NCBI GenBank assembly: GCA_021788365.1
Contig: JAJYKS010000001.1
Span: 70,113-134,112, forward strand
Length of the DNA stretch: 64,000 bases
From: a bacterium
GTDB taxonomy: Bacteria > Patescibacteriota > Microgenomatia > UBA1400 > UBA12108
Reading direction: 5' to 3'
Made by a program: the position numbers and the translations under genes. Positions 26,947-35,033 of this stretch are shown here, in pieces. Below the pieces are notes generated by a model that did not search any database, was not told the DNA's origin, and saw nothing but the letters and a program-made list of their open reading frames with translations. The stretch's first letter is position 1. The number at the start of each line of letters is the position of its first letter.

Positions 26947-27526
26947 TCTTCCTCCTGTATTCTATTCGCTGATTATACAGCCTCTCAGTATAGCCACCCT
27001 CCCGAATGTGTTTTTGCTCCATGGCGGCAATTTGGCGAGACAACAGGAATGTGGCTTGGTGGCAAAGGGTCAGAAGAAGGTTGGCGGCAATCTCCGGTTC
27101 TCGCGGGAGCGGGAGAAGACTTAGGGTACTTAAGTTACCTAAGTTACTTAAGTGACTTACGAGATTGGCGGTCTTTGACCGCCAATATAGAGTTCGTTGA
27201 TCGGCTTTGTCCCAAACCATCAGATGTCTAACCCTTAAATAATCTTCGTAGTCCTCTATCAGCTCCTCAAGGGAGGCAGACGCCACATTAGTTAGCTTTA
27301 TGGCCATTTTGAGACTAGTTTTCATATCAGCCGAGCCCTCGGCAATATTTTGTTTGCCGCTTCTGGCGGCCTGAATCATTTGGTCGGCTAGTCTTTTGTC
27401 TGGAGCGTAGCCAATATTTCCGTTTAGACGACCATCAAGTATCCATCTTTGACAGAACTCTACCGTTAAATCGTAAATTATCAGAGAGAAGCGATATGTA
27501 AACAAGTCTTTGTAAGACTGTGGCAT
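26936..27526 (-). CDS. four-helix-bundle protein (TIGR02436-like)
   Basis: QMIQAARSGKQNIAEGSADMKTSLKMAIKLTNVASASLEELIED matches the family core; contains a short tandem DNA repeat insertion. Confidence 0.55.
   Translation of the reverse strand: MPQSYKDLFTYRFSLIIYDLTVEFCQRWILDGRLNGNIGYAPDKRLADQMIQAARSGKQNIAEGSADMKTSLKMAIKLTNVASASLEELIEDYEDYLRVRHLMVWDKADQRTLYWRSKTANLVSHLSNLGNLSTLSLLPLPREPEIAANLLLTLCHQATFLLSRQIAAMEQKHIREGGYTERLYNQRIEYRRKNGK
27131..27157. repeat. 3 tandem 9-nt units (taagttacc / taagttact / taagtgact) inside a CDS
   Basis: Seen directly in sequence; encodes a LSNLGNLSTLS insertion in the four-helix-bundle protein. Confidence 0.5.
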
Positions 27527-27540
27527 TGTTTTACTATAAA

Positions 27541-27801
27541 CTATTCACTCAAGTTCTTTTCTAACTGCCGAATTTTCTGGAGACGATAGTAGTTGCCAAC
27601 CATGGCATAAAGCCAATATCCAACACTGCACAAACCAAAAATGGCAACGACTGGAATGTAGGAACTAAGATCAAATCCTAAAGCCCCTAATACAAGTATT
27701 ATGAGAAGGACGATAATTGTTGTGGCAATAGATTCTAAGGCGTAAATGATTTTGTCTTTCCTAAGTTGATCTATAGTAAATCTTGTTTCGTCTTTGCTCA
27801 T
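27541..27801 (-). CDS. small 2-TM membrane protein
   Basis: 86 aa, two hydrophobic helices. Confidence 0.4.
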   Translation of the reverse strand: MSKDETRFTIDQLRKDKIIYALESIATTIIVLLIILVLGALGFDLSSYIPVVAIFGLCSVGYWLYAMVGNYYRLQKIRQLEKNLSE

Positions 27802-27816
27802 GGATCCCTTCTTTTA

Positions 27817-28605
27817 TTACAGTGAATTTGGAATATCTATGAATTCCACTTCCAGTTTGCTACCAAAATGTTCTTTTAGTTTTTTGCCTAGTTCTTGGAC
27901 ACCGAACACTTCGGTCGCGTAGTGACCGGCGGCAAAATAGTTGAAACCCATCTCTTTGGCAAAAGCTGGGCCCGGTTCGGCGATCTCCCCTGCAATATGG
28001 AGTTCTATGCCCTTGTCGATGATTTCCCAGATTTCTTTATCATATGGTTTAGCCGCCCCTGTGCACACTCCCAATCGTTTTACTTTACTTGGTCCGCCGT
28101 ATACGGAAAAAACATCATGACTCGTTATATCGGCTAGTTTTTTGGCGATCAACTGAGTGTCAACAGGGTTGTCGAATTCCGCAACCCAACCCCAACCGCT
28201 CGAATATGGTATTTCTAGACGACGGGCGCCGAGCAATTTTATTAGCGTTGCGTTGTTGCCAAACGCCGGCTGTACATCCAACGAATAATGATAGCCGGCA
28301 ACAGTCAGCTCCTCTGCAAAAATTACCTCCAGCCGCTTTTGTATTGCCGGATGAAGGCGCGAGTACACAAGATTGTGTGAGGTGAGGTCGAGGCCGTGGT
28401 GGAAAATGCAATAATCCGCGTCTGCTTTTACGGCTTCGTCGAGGAAGTCTAGGTTGCACGAGACGCCGAGCGCGATCTTTTTTACTTTTTCATTTCCGAC
28501 TACCTGGACGCCATTGCCGTAGATATCTTCGGTTTTCGCGCGCTCGAGGATATCTGCCCCAATAGTCGTTTCGACAAATTTGGTGATTTCGTCGCGCGTG
28601 ACCAT
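27817..28605 (-). CDS. Nif3-like dinuclear metal center protein (YqfO/GTP cyclohydrolase 1 type 2 homolog)
   Basis: N- and C-terminal Nif3 halves with CIFHHGLDL and HYATE motifs. Confidence 0.75.
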   Translation of the reverse strand: MVTRDEITKFVETTIGADILERAKTEDIYGNGVQVVGNEKVKKIALGVSCNLDFLDEAVKADADYCIFHHGLDLTSHNLVYSRLHPAIQKRLEVIFAEELTVAGYHYSLDVQPAFGNNATLIKLLGARRLEIPYSSGWGWVAEFDNPVDTQLIAKKLADITSHDVFSVYGGPSKVKRLGVCTGAAKPYDKEIWEIIDKGIELHIAGEIAEPGPAFAKEMGFNYFAAGHYATEVFGVQELGKKLKEHFGSKLEVEFIDIPNSL

Positions 28606-30152
28606 TATTTCTTTACCTTCACCGTCGTAGCGGGATTTTGTGTATGACTATCATGCTTGGACGAGCTCGACTTTTTTTCCTCTGGAAGATTATAGATGCG
28701 GCGGGTCAAGTCAGAGACGTGCCGGCGGGTCTGGGGGAAAAGTGTCCCTTCGCGCGCGGTAACGTCTTCCAGGAACCAAAATAGTCGTTCGGAGACACCG
28801 AGACCGGAGGTGGGGGGCATGCCGTACTCCAGCATTTCCACGTAGTCTATGTCGAGCATTTGGGCTTCGTCGTCGCCGGCATCTCTGGCATTTTGCTGCT
28901 CCCGGAACCTAGCCAGCTGGTCGGCAGGGTCGTTTAGTTCGCTATAGCCGTTTGAGAGCTCACTGCCGGCGAGGATGATCTGGAACCGCTCGGTCAATTC
29001 GGGATTGTCTGGCATAGACTTGGCAAGCGGTGAGATGAATTTCGGGGTGTGCACGAGAAAGGCGGGGCCGGCGACATCGGCGCGGATTATCTTCCACAGA
29101 TTGTCGACTAGGCGGGCGCGGTTTACCCCGCCATCCAGACGTACCCCGTGCTTCAGGAGTACCTCGACCATCTTTTTATCCGGATCGTGGAAGATATCTA
29201 CTCCTAGCCGGTCGAGGATAATCGTGGTGTAGTCTAGCTCCTCCCAAACGCCCCCGAGGTCAAACGTGTGTTTGCCACGGGTGAATTTCGTGGTGCCATA
29301 CACTTGCGTTGCCAGTTCGATAAAGAGATTTCTGGTTAGCTCCATGTTGTCTCGATAGTTGGCGTAGGCCCAGTACCACTCCAGTTGGTAGTATTCCTGC
29401 AAGTGTTCGTCGTCTATCCCCTCGTTCCGGAAATTTGGCGCTAAAGTGTAAATTTTCTCGAACCCACCACCTATCAAGCGTTTTTCGTAGAGCTCAGTTG
29501 AGATCCTGAGATAAAATGTTTCGTCCAAGGCATTGTGGTGGGTGACGAATGGCTTGGCGTCAGCGCCGCCGGTCACGTGCTCCAAAACCGGTGTCTCCAC
29601 TTCCATAAAGCCGTTTTTAGCCATGAATAGGCGCGCCACCGCCCAGAACTTGCTCTTCCTAACAAATAGATCACGATGTTCGGGGCTCAAGATAAGATCA
29701 AGGTAGCGGCGGCGGAACATGAGGTCGGGATCCTTTAGTGTCCCCCACGCTTCCGGCAGGGGGCGGAGCGATTTGGTCAGGAGGCGCAGCGTCTTTACAT
29801 CTAGCGAGATGGCGCCTGTTTTGGTTTTTATAACTACTCCCTTAGCTTCGACAAAGTCGCCGACATCCAAAAGTGAAAGATCGGGGAAACCATAGTCTCC
29901 CCGAAGAAACAGTTGGATGCGGCCGGACTGATCCTCGAGATCGGCAAAGGCAATCTTCCCGTGGGAGCGGATGGCGCGAAGGCGGCCAGCCAGCGAGACT
30001 TCTTTGCCTTCCAGCTCTATAAATCGAGCGGCAACCTCGCCGTTTCCGAGGTCTTTATGAGCTTTTGCGGGATAGGGATCCAGTCCCAGCTCGCGCAATC
30101 TCTTGAGCTTTGCTAGTCGTTGGTTTCGTATCTCTTCTAAACGTGATGCCAT
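28605..30152 (-). CDS. lysS: lysine--tRNA ligase (class II)
   Basis: N-terminal OB anticodon-binding domain, class II motifs 1-3 (FRNEG..., GGGFEKIY). Confidence 0.95.
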   Translation of the reverse strand: MASRLEEIRNQRLAKLKRLRELGLDPYPAKAHKDLGNGEVAARFIELEGKEVSLAGRLRAIRSHGKIAFADLEDQSGRIQLFLRGDYGFPDLSLLDVGDFVEAKGVVIKTKTGAISLDVKTLRLLTKSLRPLPEAWGTLKDPDLMFRRRYLDLILSPEHRDLFVRKSKFWAVARLFMAKNGFMEVETPVLEHVTGGADAKPFVTHHNALDETFYLRISTELYEKRLIGGGFEKIYTLAPNFRNEGIDDEHLQEYYQLEWYWAYANYRDNMELTRNLFIELATQVYGTTKFTRGKHTFDLGGVWEELDYTTIILDRLGVDIFHDPDKKMVEVLLKHGVRLDGGVNRARLVDNLWKIIRADVAGPAFLVHTPKFISPLAKSMPDNPELTERFQIILAGSELSNGYSELNDPADQLARFREQQNARDAGDDEAQMLDIDYVEMLEYGMPPTSGLGVSERLFWFLEDVTAREGTLFPQTRRHVSDLTRRIYNLPEEKKSSSSKHDSHTQNPATTVKVKK

Positions 30153-30171
30153 ATTTGTCTTTCGTCAGTAT

Positions 30172-30198
30172 ACCAAAACACCCGGCTGGTAGCCGGGG
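30172..30198 (-). terminator. hairpin (CCCGGCUACCAGCCGGG) plus short U-tract downstream of greA
   Basis: Inverted repeat seen between the greA stop and the lysS start; weak U-run (UGUUUUGG). Confidence 0.35.
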
Positions 30199-30221
30199 TA
30201 TACCGATCTACCACGACGTGC

Positions 30222-30692
30222 TTAGTGGATTTTTTTGATCTTGTAGATGACTTTGCCGGCCGGTGCCTCGAACTCTACCGCGTCGCCTTTTTTCTTGCCG
30301 AGGAGTGCCGAACCCAGGGGTGATGTGTGCGAGATGCGCTTTTTCATGGGATCGGCTTCCCACTCACCGACGACTTCGTAGGTCTGTTCACGACCCCCAA
30401 CTTCGACGGTTACTTTACAACCAATACCCACCTCGGAGTTGCCATTGTCCTTTTTGACCACGACGGCTTTTTTTACGATCTCCTCGAGCTCTTCGATGCG
30501 ACCTTCGATGAAGGACAGCTCCTCCTTGGCGGCGTGGTACTCGGCGTTCTCGGAGAGGTCGCCGAAGTCACGGGCACGTGCAACGCGCTCAACCGCGGTG
30601 GGGAGTTTTTTTTCTTTTAACTCGTCGAGCTCTGCTTGGATTTCGGCCAAGCCGTCGACGGTGAACTGGATTTTGTCGTTTAGTGTCGTCAT
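30222..30692 (-). CDS. greA: transcription elongation factor GreA
   Basis: N-terminal coiled coil with acidic tip and C-terminal FKBP-like domain; typical length. Confidence 0.9.
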   Translation of the reverse strand: MTTLNDKIQFTVDGLAEIQAELDELKEKKLPTAVERVARARDFGDLSENAEYHAAKEELSFIEGRIEELEEIVKKAVVVKKDNGNSEVGIGCKVTVEVGGREQTYEVVGEWEADPMKKRISHTSPLGSALLGKKKGDAVEFEAPAGKVIYKIKKIH

Positions 30693-30825
30693 ATATTCCT
30701 GTAAAGGATACGCCCTCTATACTGAAGGGCGCCTGAGCATAATAGCAAACCAGGTGGGAGTGTCAATATACCTATAGTACGTATGCTAACTAGGAAAATT
30801 AGGACAGTGTATATTAAAGGTAAGA

Positions 30826-31248
30826 ATGGCTGCCTACGTTAAAACTTCGGCGGCCGAGGAAGGAGCGCATATGAGCGGATACATCGGCAATTTGGAGGAG
30901 CTTACCAAAAAGAACGGTGACTTCCGCCGCGTACTCTACACCGGGCCACATTGTCAGCTGGTACTTATGGCCTTGCAACCAACCGAGGAGATTGGTGTAG
31001 AGACACATGATACGGTCGACCAATTTTTCCGCATAGAGGAAGGTACTGTGCAGATTGTCATGAATGGGGAAACTGCTACCCTTACATCGGGCATGGCGGC
31101 TATCGTTCCCGCTGGCACGACACACAACGTGATAAACGTATCTGATACTGCTGTTGCACGGCTGTATACCATATATTCTCCCGCAAACCACCCTGATCGT
31201 GTTGTTCACCACACAAAAGCTGACGCTCTCGCCCATCCGGAGGAGTAA
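30826..31248 (+). CDS. cupin-domain protein
   Basis: Two-His/Glu cupin motifs around GVETHDTVDQFFRIEEG and AGTTHNV. Confidence 0.65.
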   Translation: MAAYVKTSAAEEGAHMSGYIGNLEELTKKNGDFRRVLYTGPHCQLVLMALQPTEEIGVETHDTVDQFFRIEEGTVQIVMNGETATLTSGMAAIVPAGTTHNVINVSDTAVARLYTIYSPANHPDRVVHHTKADALAHPEE

Positions 31249-31251
31249 CCG

Positions 31252-31683
31252 ATGACTGATCACCAGCACCTTGGTGTAACGGTCGTTGTCCGTGACTACC
31301 AGGGACGAGTCCTTTTAGGTAGGAGGAAAAATAGTTATCACCAGGGATGGTGGGGGATGCCGGGCGGCAGGCTGGAAGTAGGCGAGACTCTGATAGACGC
31401 TGCACGGCGAGAACTACTCGAGGAGACGGGACTCTCGGCCGAGAAGCTGCTTTATGTGGGGGTGGTGCGGGACGGGCAGGACGGGTACGATTTTATTCAC
31501 TTTACGTTTGTTTGCGAGAGCTACAGCGGTGAGCTCACTCTGAGGGAGCCGGAAAAGTGCGAGGGATGGGAATGGATCGCGCCGGAAAGCGTGCCGGAGC
31601 AGACGCTACGTGCACATGTTGCCGGGCTCGCCCTTGCCGAGCGCCACGCACGGGACGTTGTAGACCTGCCGAAGATGGAATAG
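31252..31683 (+). CDS. NUDIX hydrolase (MutT-like)
   Basis: GMPGGRLEVGETLIDAARRELLEETGL Nudix box. Confidence 0.75.
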   Translation: MTDHQHLGVTVVVRDYQGRVLLGRRKNSYHQGWWGMPGGRLEVGETLIDAARRELLEETGLSAEKLLYVGVVRDGQDGYDFIHFTFVCESYSGELTLREPEKCEGWEWIAPESVPEQTLRAHVAGLALAERHARDVVDLPKME

Positions 31684-31720
31684 TCTTTATTTATATAGGA
31701 TATTTTGCTACAATGAGTAA

Positions 31721-31942
31721 GTGATTACACCGTCGACGGTTGAACATGAGTGCTCTACGTGTGCCCACTCGCTTAGCTTGCTGGGCGAGTTGTTTTGTGT
31801 TGGTAACGGAGAACTCAATCACACAGAACCACACGTAACATGCCCTCTATGGAAATTGAACTGGCGCAGGCAGCAGTTGCAAGTCATGGCAGCAGCGAAT
31901 GCCGGATTGCAACCTACTGAAATAGCTGCGCTAGTTGCTTAG
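31721..31942 (+). CDS. hypothetical small Cys-containing protein (weak)
   Basis: 73-aa ORF just upstream of tRNA-Glu. Confidence 0.25.
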   Translation: MITPSTVEHECSTCAHSLSLLGELFCVGNGELNHTEPHVTCPLWKLNWRRQQLQVMAAANAGLQPTEIAALVA

Positions 31943-31965
31943 TATACGGTATAATTCGCAGGTAA

Positions 31966-32040
31966 GGCCTCATCGTCTAGCCCGGTCTAGGACAGCGGGT
32001 TCTCATCCCGCTAACTTGGGTTCGAATCCCAATGAGGTCA
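31966..32040 (+). tRNA. tRNA-Glu (anticodon CUC)
   Basis: GGCCUCA-UC-GUCU-AGCCCGGUCUA-GGAC-A-GCGGG-UUCUCAU-CCCGC-UAAC-UUGGG-UUCGAAU-CCCAA-UGAGGUC-A; near-identical architecture to E. coli tRNA-Glu; no encoded CCA. Confidence 0.85.
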
Positions 32041-33703
32041 CAAGTAGCGACTGATCACGATTGAACTGCTCATTTAGGGCGATATATTCGGCTAAATTGG
32101 GTGTTCCAGAAATCAGATCGCTGTATGCTGGTGCAGTGTTAAAAAGTAGGCCAAAGTATATGGCTCGATTGATTGGATTTGAGCCTTCTAACAGCAATTT
32201 ATCGAGGTGTTCCAGAAAATATTTGATGGTTGCTGCGACTTCTTCTATATTGATATCTTTTTCGGGATCTTGAGCCTTTTTAAGGCTTAAGTCCTCGATT
32301 TGTTTTTCGATCTTGAGGAGATCCTCTTCCATAAACCGGATAGCGGTTTCTGAAGAAAGCATCTTGATTTTGTCGGCAATAAGCCTGGCCGACGTTTGCA
32401 GCTCTAGGATTTTTTGGTCAATATGAAGTTTATCTTTGTTTATCTCAGCCTGCCTTCTATTCCATTCCTTGACAACCTCCTCTTTGAACCGCTCGGCATA
32501 TTTAGGGGTTACATGGAGGCGTTTAACGAAGTTTAAGATCGTTAAATCAAATTCTTTTTTGGATACTCTGAAATAATGACCCCGTTTATTACAGTGATAG
32601 GCTGGGTAGTATTTTCCCATTTTACCGCGTGAGGCGCTGCCAAATAGAGGTTTTTTGCACTCGGGGCACATAACATAACGTTTATAGGGAAAATCGGGAT
32701 TTCGCACACCCTTTTTGACCAAATATCGGGGAGGAATATTGCGATAGATCTTGACGCTATCGTCTTCTTCAACAATCGTTACTTTCCCGCGGTTGGCCCG
32801 GTTAAACATATCGATAGTGACAATCCCGTCGTATTTGCCCTTTACTGGTTGTCCTTGTGTCCATTTCTCGACGTTTATGCCGGCGTATATCGGTCTTTGC
32901 AAATAGCGCCAAAGCTGCTTAATATGAAGTTTCTTACCGCCAAGTTTGCCGATTACCTGCTTTTTATCCTCATGAGATCGAATAAGGCGCGTTCGTGATC
33001 GAAAGGCAAGTTTATTCACCTCATCGACTATTTGCTCGTCGGTGAGTGTCCCTTGGATACGCAATTCAAACATTTTTAGTATCCAGTAGGACTCTTCTGG
33101 ATGCGGCTTGAGGATTATCCGTTTTCCGTGAGGAGTCTCAACCTTCTCATTAACATAACCAAAAGGCGCCTGACGTGCCCGATACCCAAGCCTGACGTAG
33201 CGGATTTCGGCGCCGATCATCCGACTCATGATATCGCGCATTTCGTCTTTTGCCCGTTCTGCTTCAAGAATTTCTGCTTTTTTGGTAGGGCTATAAACGC
33301 TCCAATTGTATTTGACACCGAGGTGTTCAAGCGTATTTACTTCTTGAGAGCCAATAATTCCGTAGATATCGACGAGTCTGACGCCGTAATTCGTCAGCTG
33401 CATTTTCAAAAAGTCATAGAAATAGGAGCCTCCGCGAGTGAAACGGTCAATCGATTTGATAATAAAAACATCGATGTGATTCTTGGGATTTTTGCAGTAG
33501 TCGATGGCCTCCTGGATCGGCTGCTGTTCTTTTGAGGCAGATTCCATAAATACAAAATATTTTTTGATCTGAAGGTTGTGTGTCTCAGCGAACCGATCAA
33601 TTTGCTCCTGTTGAGCTTGCGGAGAATCTCCTTGTAAACCCTGTTTGACTGATGAAACGCGGATTGCAGCGACTGCATTTTCCCGCTTTATTTCCATTTC
33701 CAT
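32003..33703 (-). CDS. large serine recombinase
   Basis: AIRVSSVKQ catalytic Ser motif, recombinase domain, zinc ribbon CPECKKP...YHCNKRGH and coiled coil; the last 38 nt are antisense to tRNA-Glu. Confidence 0.85.
   Translation of the reverse strand: MEMEIKRENAVAAIRVSSVKQGLQGDSPQAQQEQIDRFAETHNLQIKKYFVFMESASKEQQPIQEAIDYCKNPKNHIDVFIIKSIDRFTRGGSYFYDFLKMQLTNYGVRLVDIYGIIGSQEVNTLEHLGVKYNWSVYSPTKKAEILEAERAKDEMRDIMSRMIGAEIRYVRLGYRARQAPFGYVNEKVETPHGKRIILKPHPEESYWILKMFELRIQGTLTDEQIVDEVNKLAFRSRTRLIRSHEDKKQVIGKLGGKKLHIKQLWRYLQRPIYAGINVEKWTQGQPVKGKYDGIVTIDMFNRANRGKVTIVEEDDSVKIYRNIPPRYLVKKGVRNPDFPYKRYVMCPECKKPLFGSASRGKMGKYYPAYHCNKRGHYFRVSKKEFDLTILNFVKRLHVTPKYAERFKEEVVKEWNRRQAEINKDKLHIDQKILELQTSARLIADKIKMLSSETAIRFMEEDLLKIEKQIEDLSLKKAQDPEKDINIEEVAATIKYFLEHLDKLLLEGSNPINRAIYFGLLFNTAPAYSDLISGTPNLAEYIALNEQFNRDQSLLVTSLGFEPKLAG
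32026..32041. repeat. attL-side direct repeat (within tRNA-Glu 3' end and the integrase 3' end)
   Basis: Exact 16-mer atcccaatgaggtcac shared with 49887-49902. Confidence 0.6.
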
Positions 33704-33710
33704 ATCGTTT

Positions 33711-33914
33711 TTAGGTTACTTTTAACGTCCCCTGTCTTTGCATTTCCATGAGCCGGTCGACAATTACATTGGCTAAAATGTGTATCCGTTCCTGTGTGGA
33801 GAGTGATGACGCCACTAAACGTGTAAGATCGGCATTTTTCTTGTTTGCGGATGAAGAAATAGTATATACTTGGGTATTGGAGGCTAAAAGTTTATCAGTA
33901 TTAGACATAGTCAA
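33711..33914 (-). CDS. small hypothetical protein next to the integrase (possible RDF; speculative)
   Basis: 67-aa ORF, 8 nt from the integrase start. Confidence 0.3.
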   Translation of the reverse strand: MTMSNTDKLLASNTQVYTISSSANKKNADLTRLVASSLSTQERIHILANVIVDRLMEMQRQGTLKVT

Positions 33915-34002
33915 TGATTATTAACTATCCGTATACTGTTTATTTTAGACTCATCTTTTATGCTTGTCAAGAGCAATTAAGTGATTAAAGAAAAAAGCAA
34001 AT

Positions 34003-34227
34003 ATGTTAGGAAAACACAATCAAAAAGTATTAACCGCTTTAGGAGAAAAGCTAAAAAAGGCTCGTAAGAAGACTGGTTTAACCCAGGAGAAAGTAGCCGA
34101 AAAAGCGGGAATTCACGTCAATTTCTATGCAAGGGTTGAACGGGGTGAAGAAAATCCATCATTTGAGGTGTTAAATAAGATTGCCAAAATTTTGAAAGTT
34201 AAATCTTCGAATATCCTTCCAATTTAG
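34003..34227 (+). CDS. XRE-family HTH transcriptional regulator
   Basis: LKKARKKTGLTQEKVAEKAGIHVNFYARVERGEENPSFEVLNKIAKIL is a canonical Cro/C1 HTH. Confidence 0.7.
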   Translation: MLGKHNQKVLTALGEKLKKARKKTGLTQEKVAEKAGIHVNFYARVERGEENPSFEVLNKIAKILKVKSSNILPI

Positions 34228-34281
34228 CTAGTGTTTGATCGATCCTTTTAGTCTTTATTTCTTGTGAGTCTTCAGTTTTTG

Positions 34282-34963
34282 TTACTCGTAATATTCATTT
34301 TTTAAATCGAATCCATTTTCATCAATAACGAGATATTGGCCTATTCCATATTGAACCATTCCTGTATTAATAAAGTTTAAATTATTATCAATCTCGGCTA
34401 AATGTGTGTGTCCAAAAAGATAGAAATTATTTTTAGTCTGTTTATTTTTAATAATATTTTTGAGTTCTCTGTTCTGTTTTTCATATAGGAGTTTTAAGAT
34501 AAATTTATCTGATAACCTTATAATTTTCCCCGCTATTTTTTTAAAATACTTCGTTAACAACCTAGGAGGTCTCAGAATATTATCTTCGTCATTGAGGGCG
34601 TTATCAAGTTTGCTTAAAGATATATCATAATGATTTCCATGTTCTATGTGATAGGTCATATTTCCTATTTGAAGACGATATTTTTCTACTTGAATATCAG
34701 AGAAAAGTGATGTTTTTTTTATCCGTTAATGATTTTTTATCATGATTTCCATAAATATAGACTGTCTTCTTCGTTTTTAATAAAGGAAATAACTTTTTCC
34801 ATGGGGAATTAATAAAATCTGAAAAGCTGCAGATATAGGAATCCCAAAAATCACCGTTAATAATGACTCTGTCCACCTTAGAGATTATTCTTTTGAGAAA
34901 ATTGAATTTTTTTTCATCAAATTCTTCGTAGAGATGAGTGTCTGATAATACTATTGTTTTCAT
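34282..34963 (-). pseudogene. calcineurin-like metallophosphoesterase split by a frameshift
   Basis: Upstream ORF (34697-34963) has VLSDTHL...GDFWD...GNHD. Downstream ORF (34282-34659) has GHTH...G. The break coincides with a T9 homopolymer at about 34727-34735. Confidence 0.55.
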
Positions 34964-35033
34964 AAAGCTAATTATAGCAAGATTTCGCCCTTTCTCTTGA
35001 ATATCTGGTATTTTCTAGTACAATCTGTGCAAT

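Noticed and set aside
27121-27160. Possible CRISPR-like repeat
   Set aside because: There are only three 9-nt tandem units with no spacers, inside a coding region. It is a microsatellite, not a CRISPR array. No CRISPR array was seen anywhere in the window.
30693-30825. Hairpin gcgccctctatactgaagggcgc between greA and the cupin gene, considered as a tRNA or ncRNA
   Set aside because: No cloverleaf fits. It sits in a divergent promoter region and is more likely an operator or structural element. The evidence is insufficient to call a feature.
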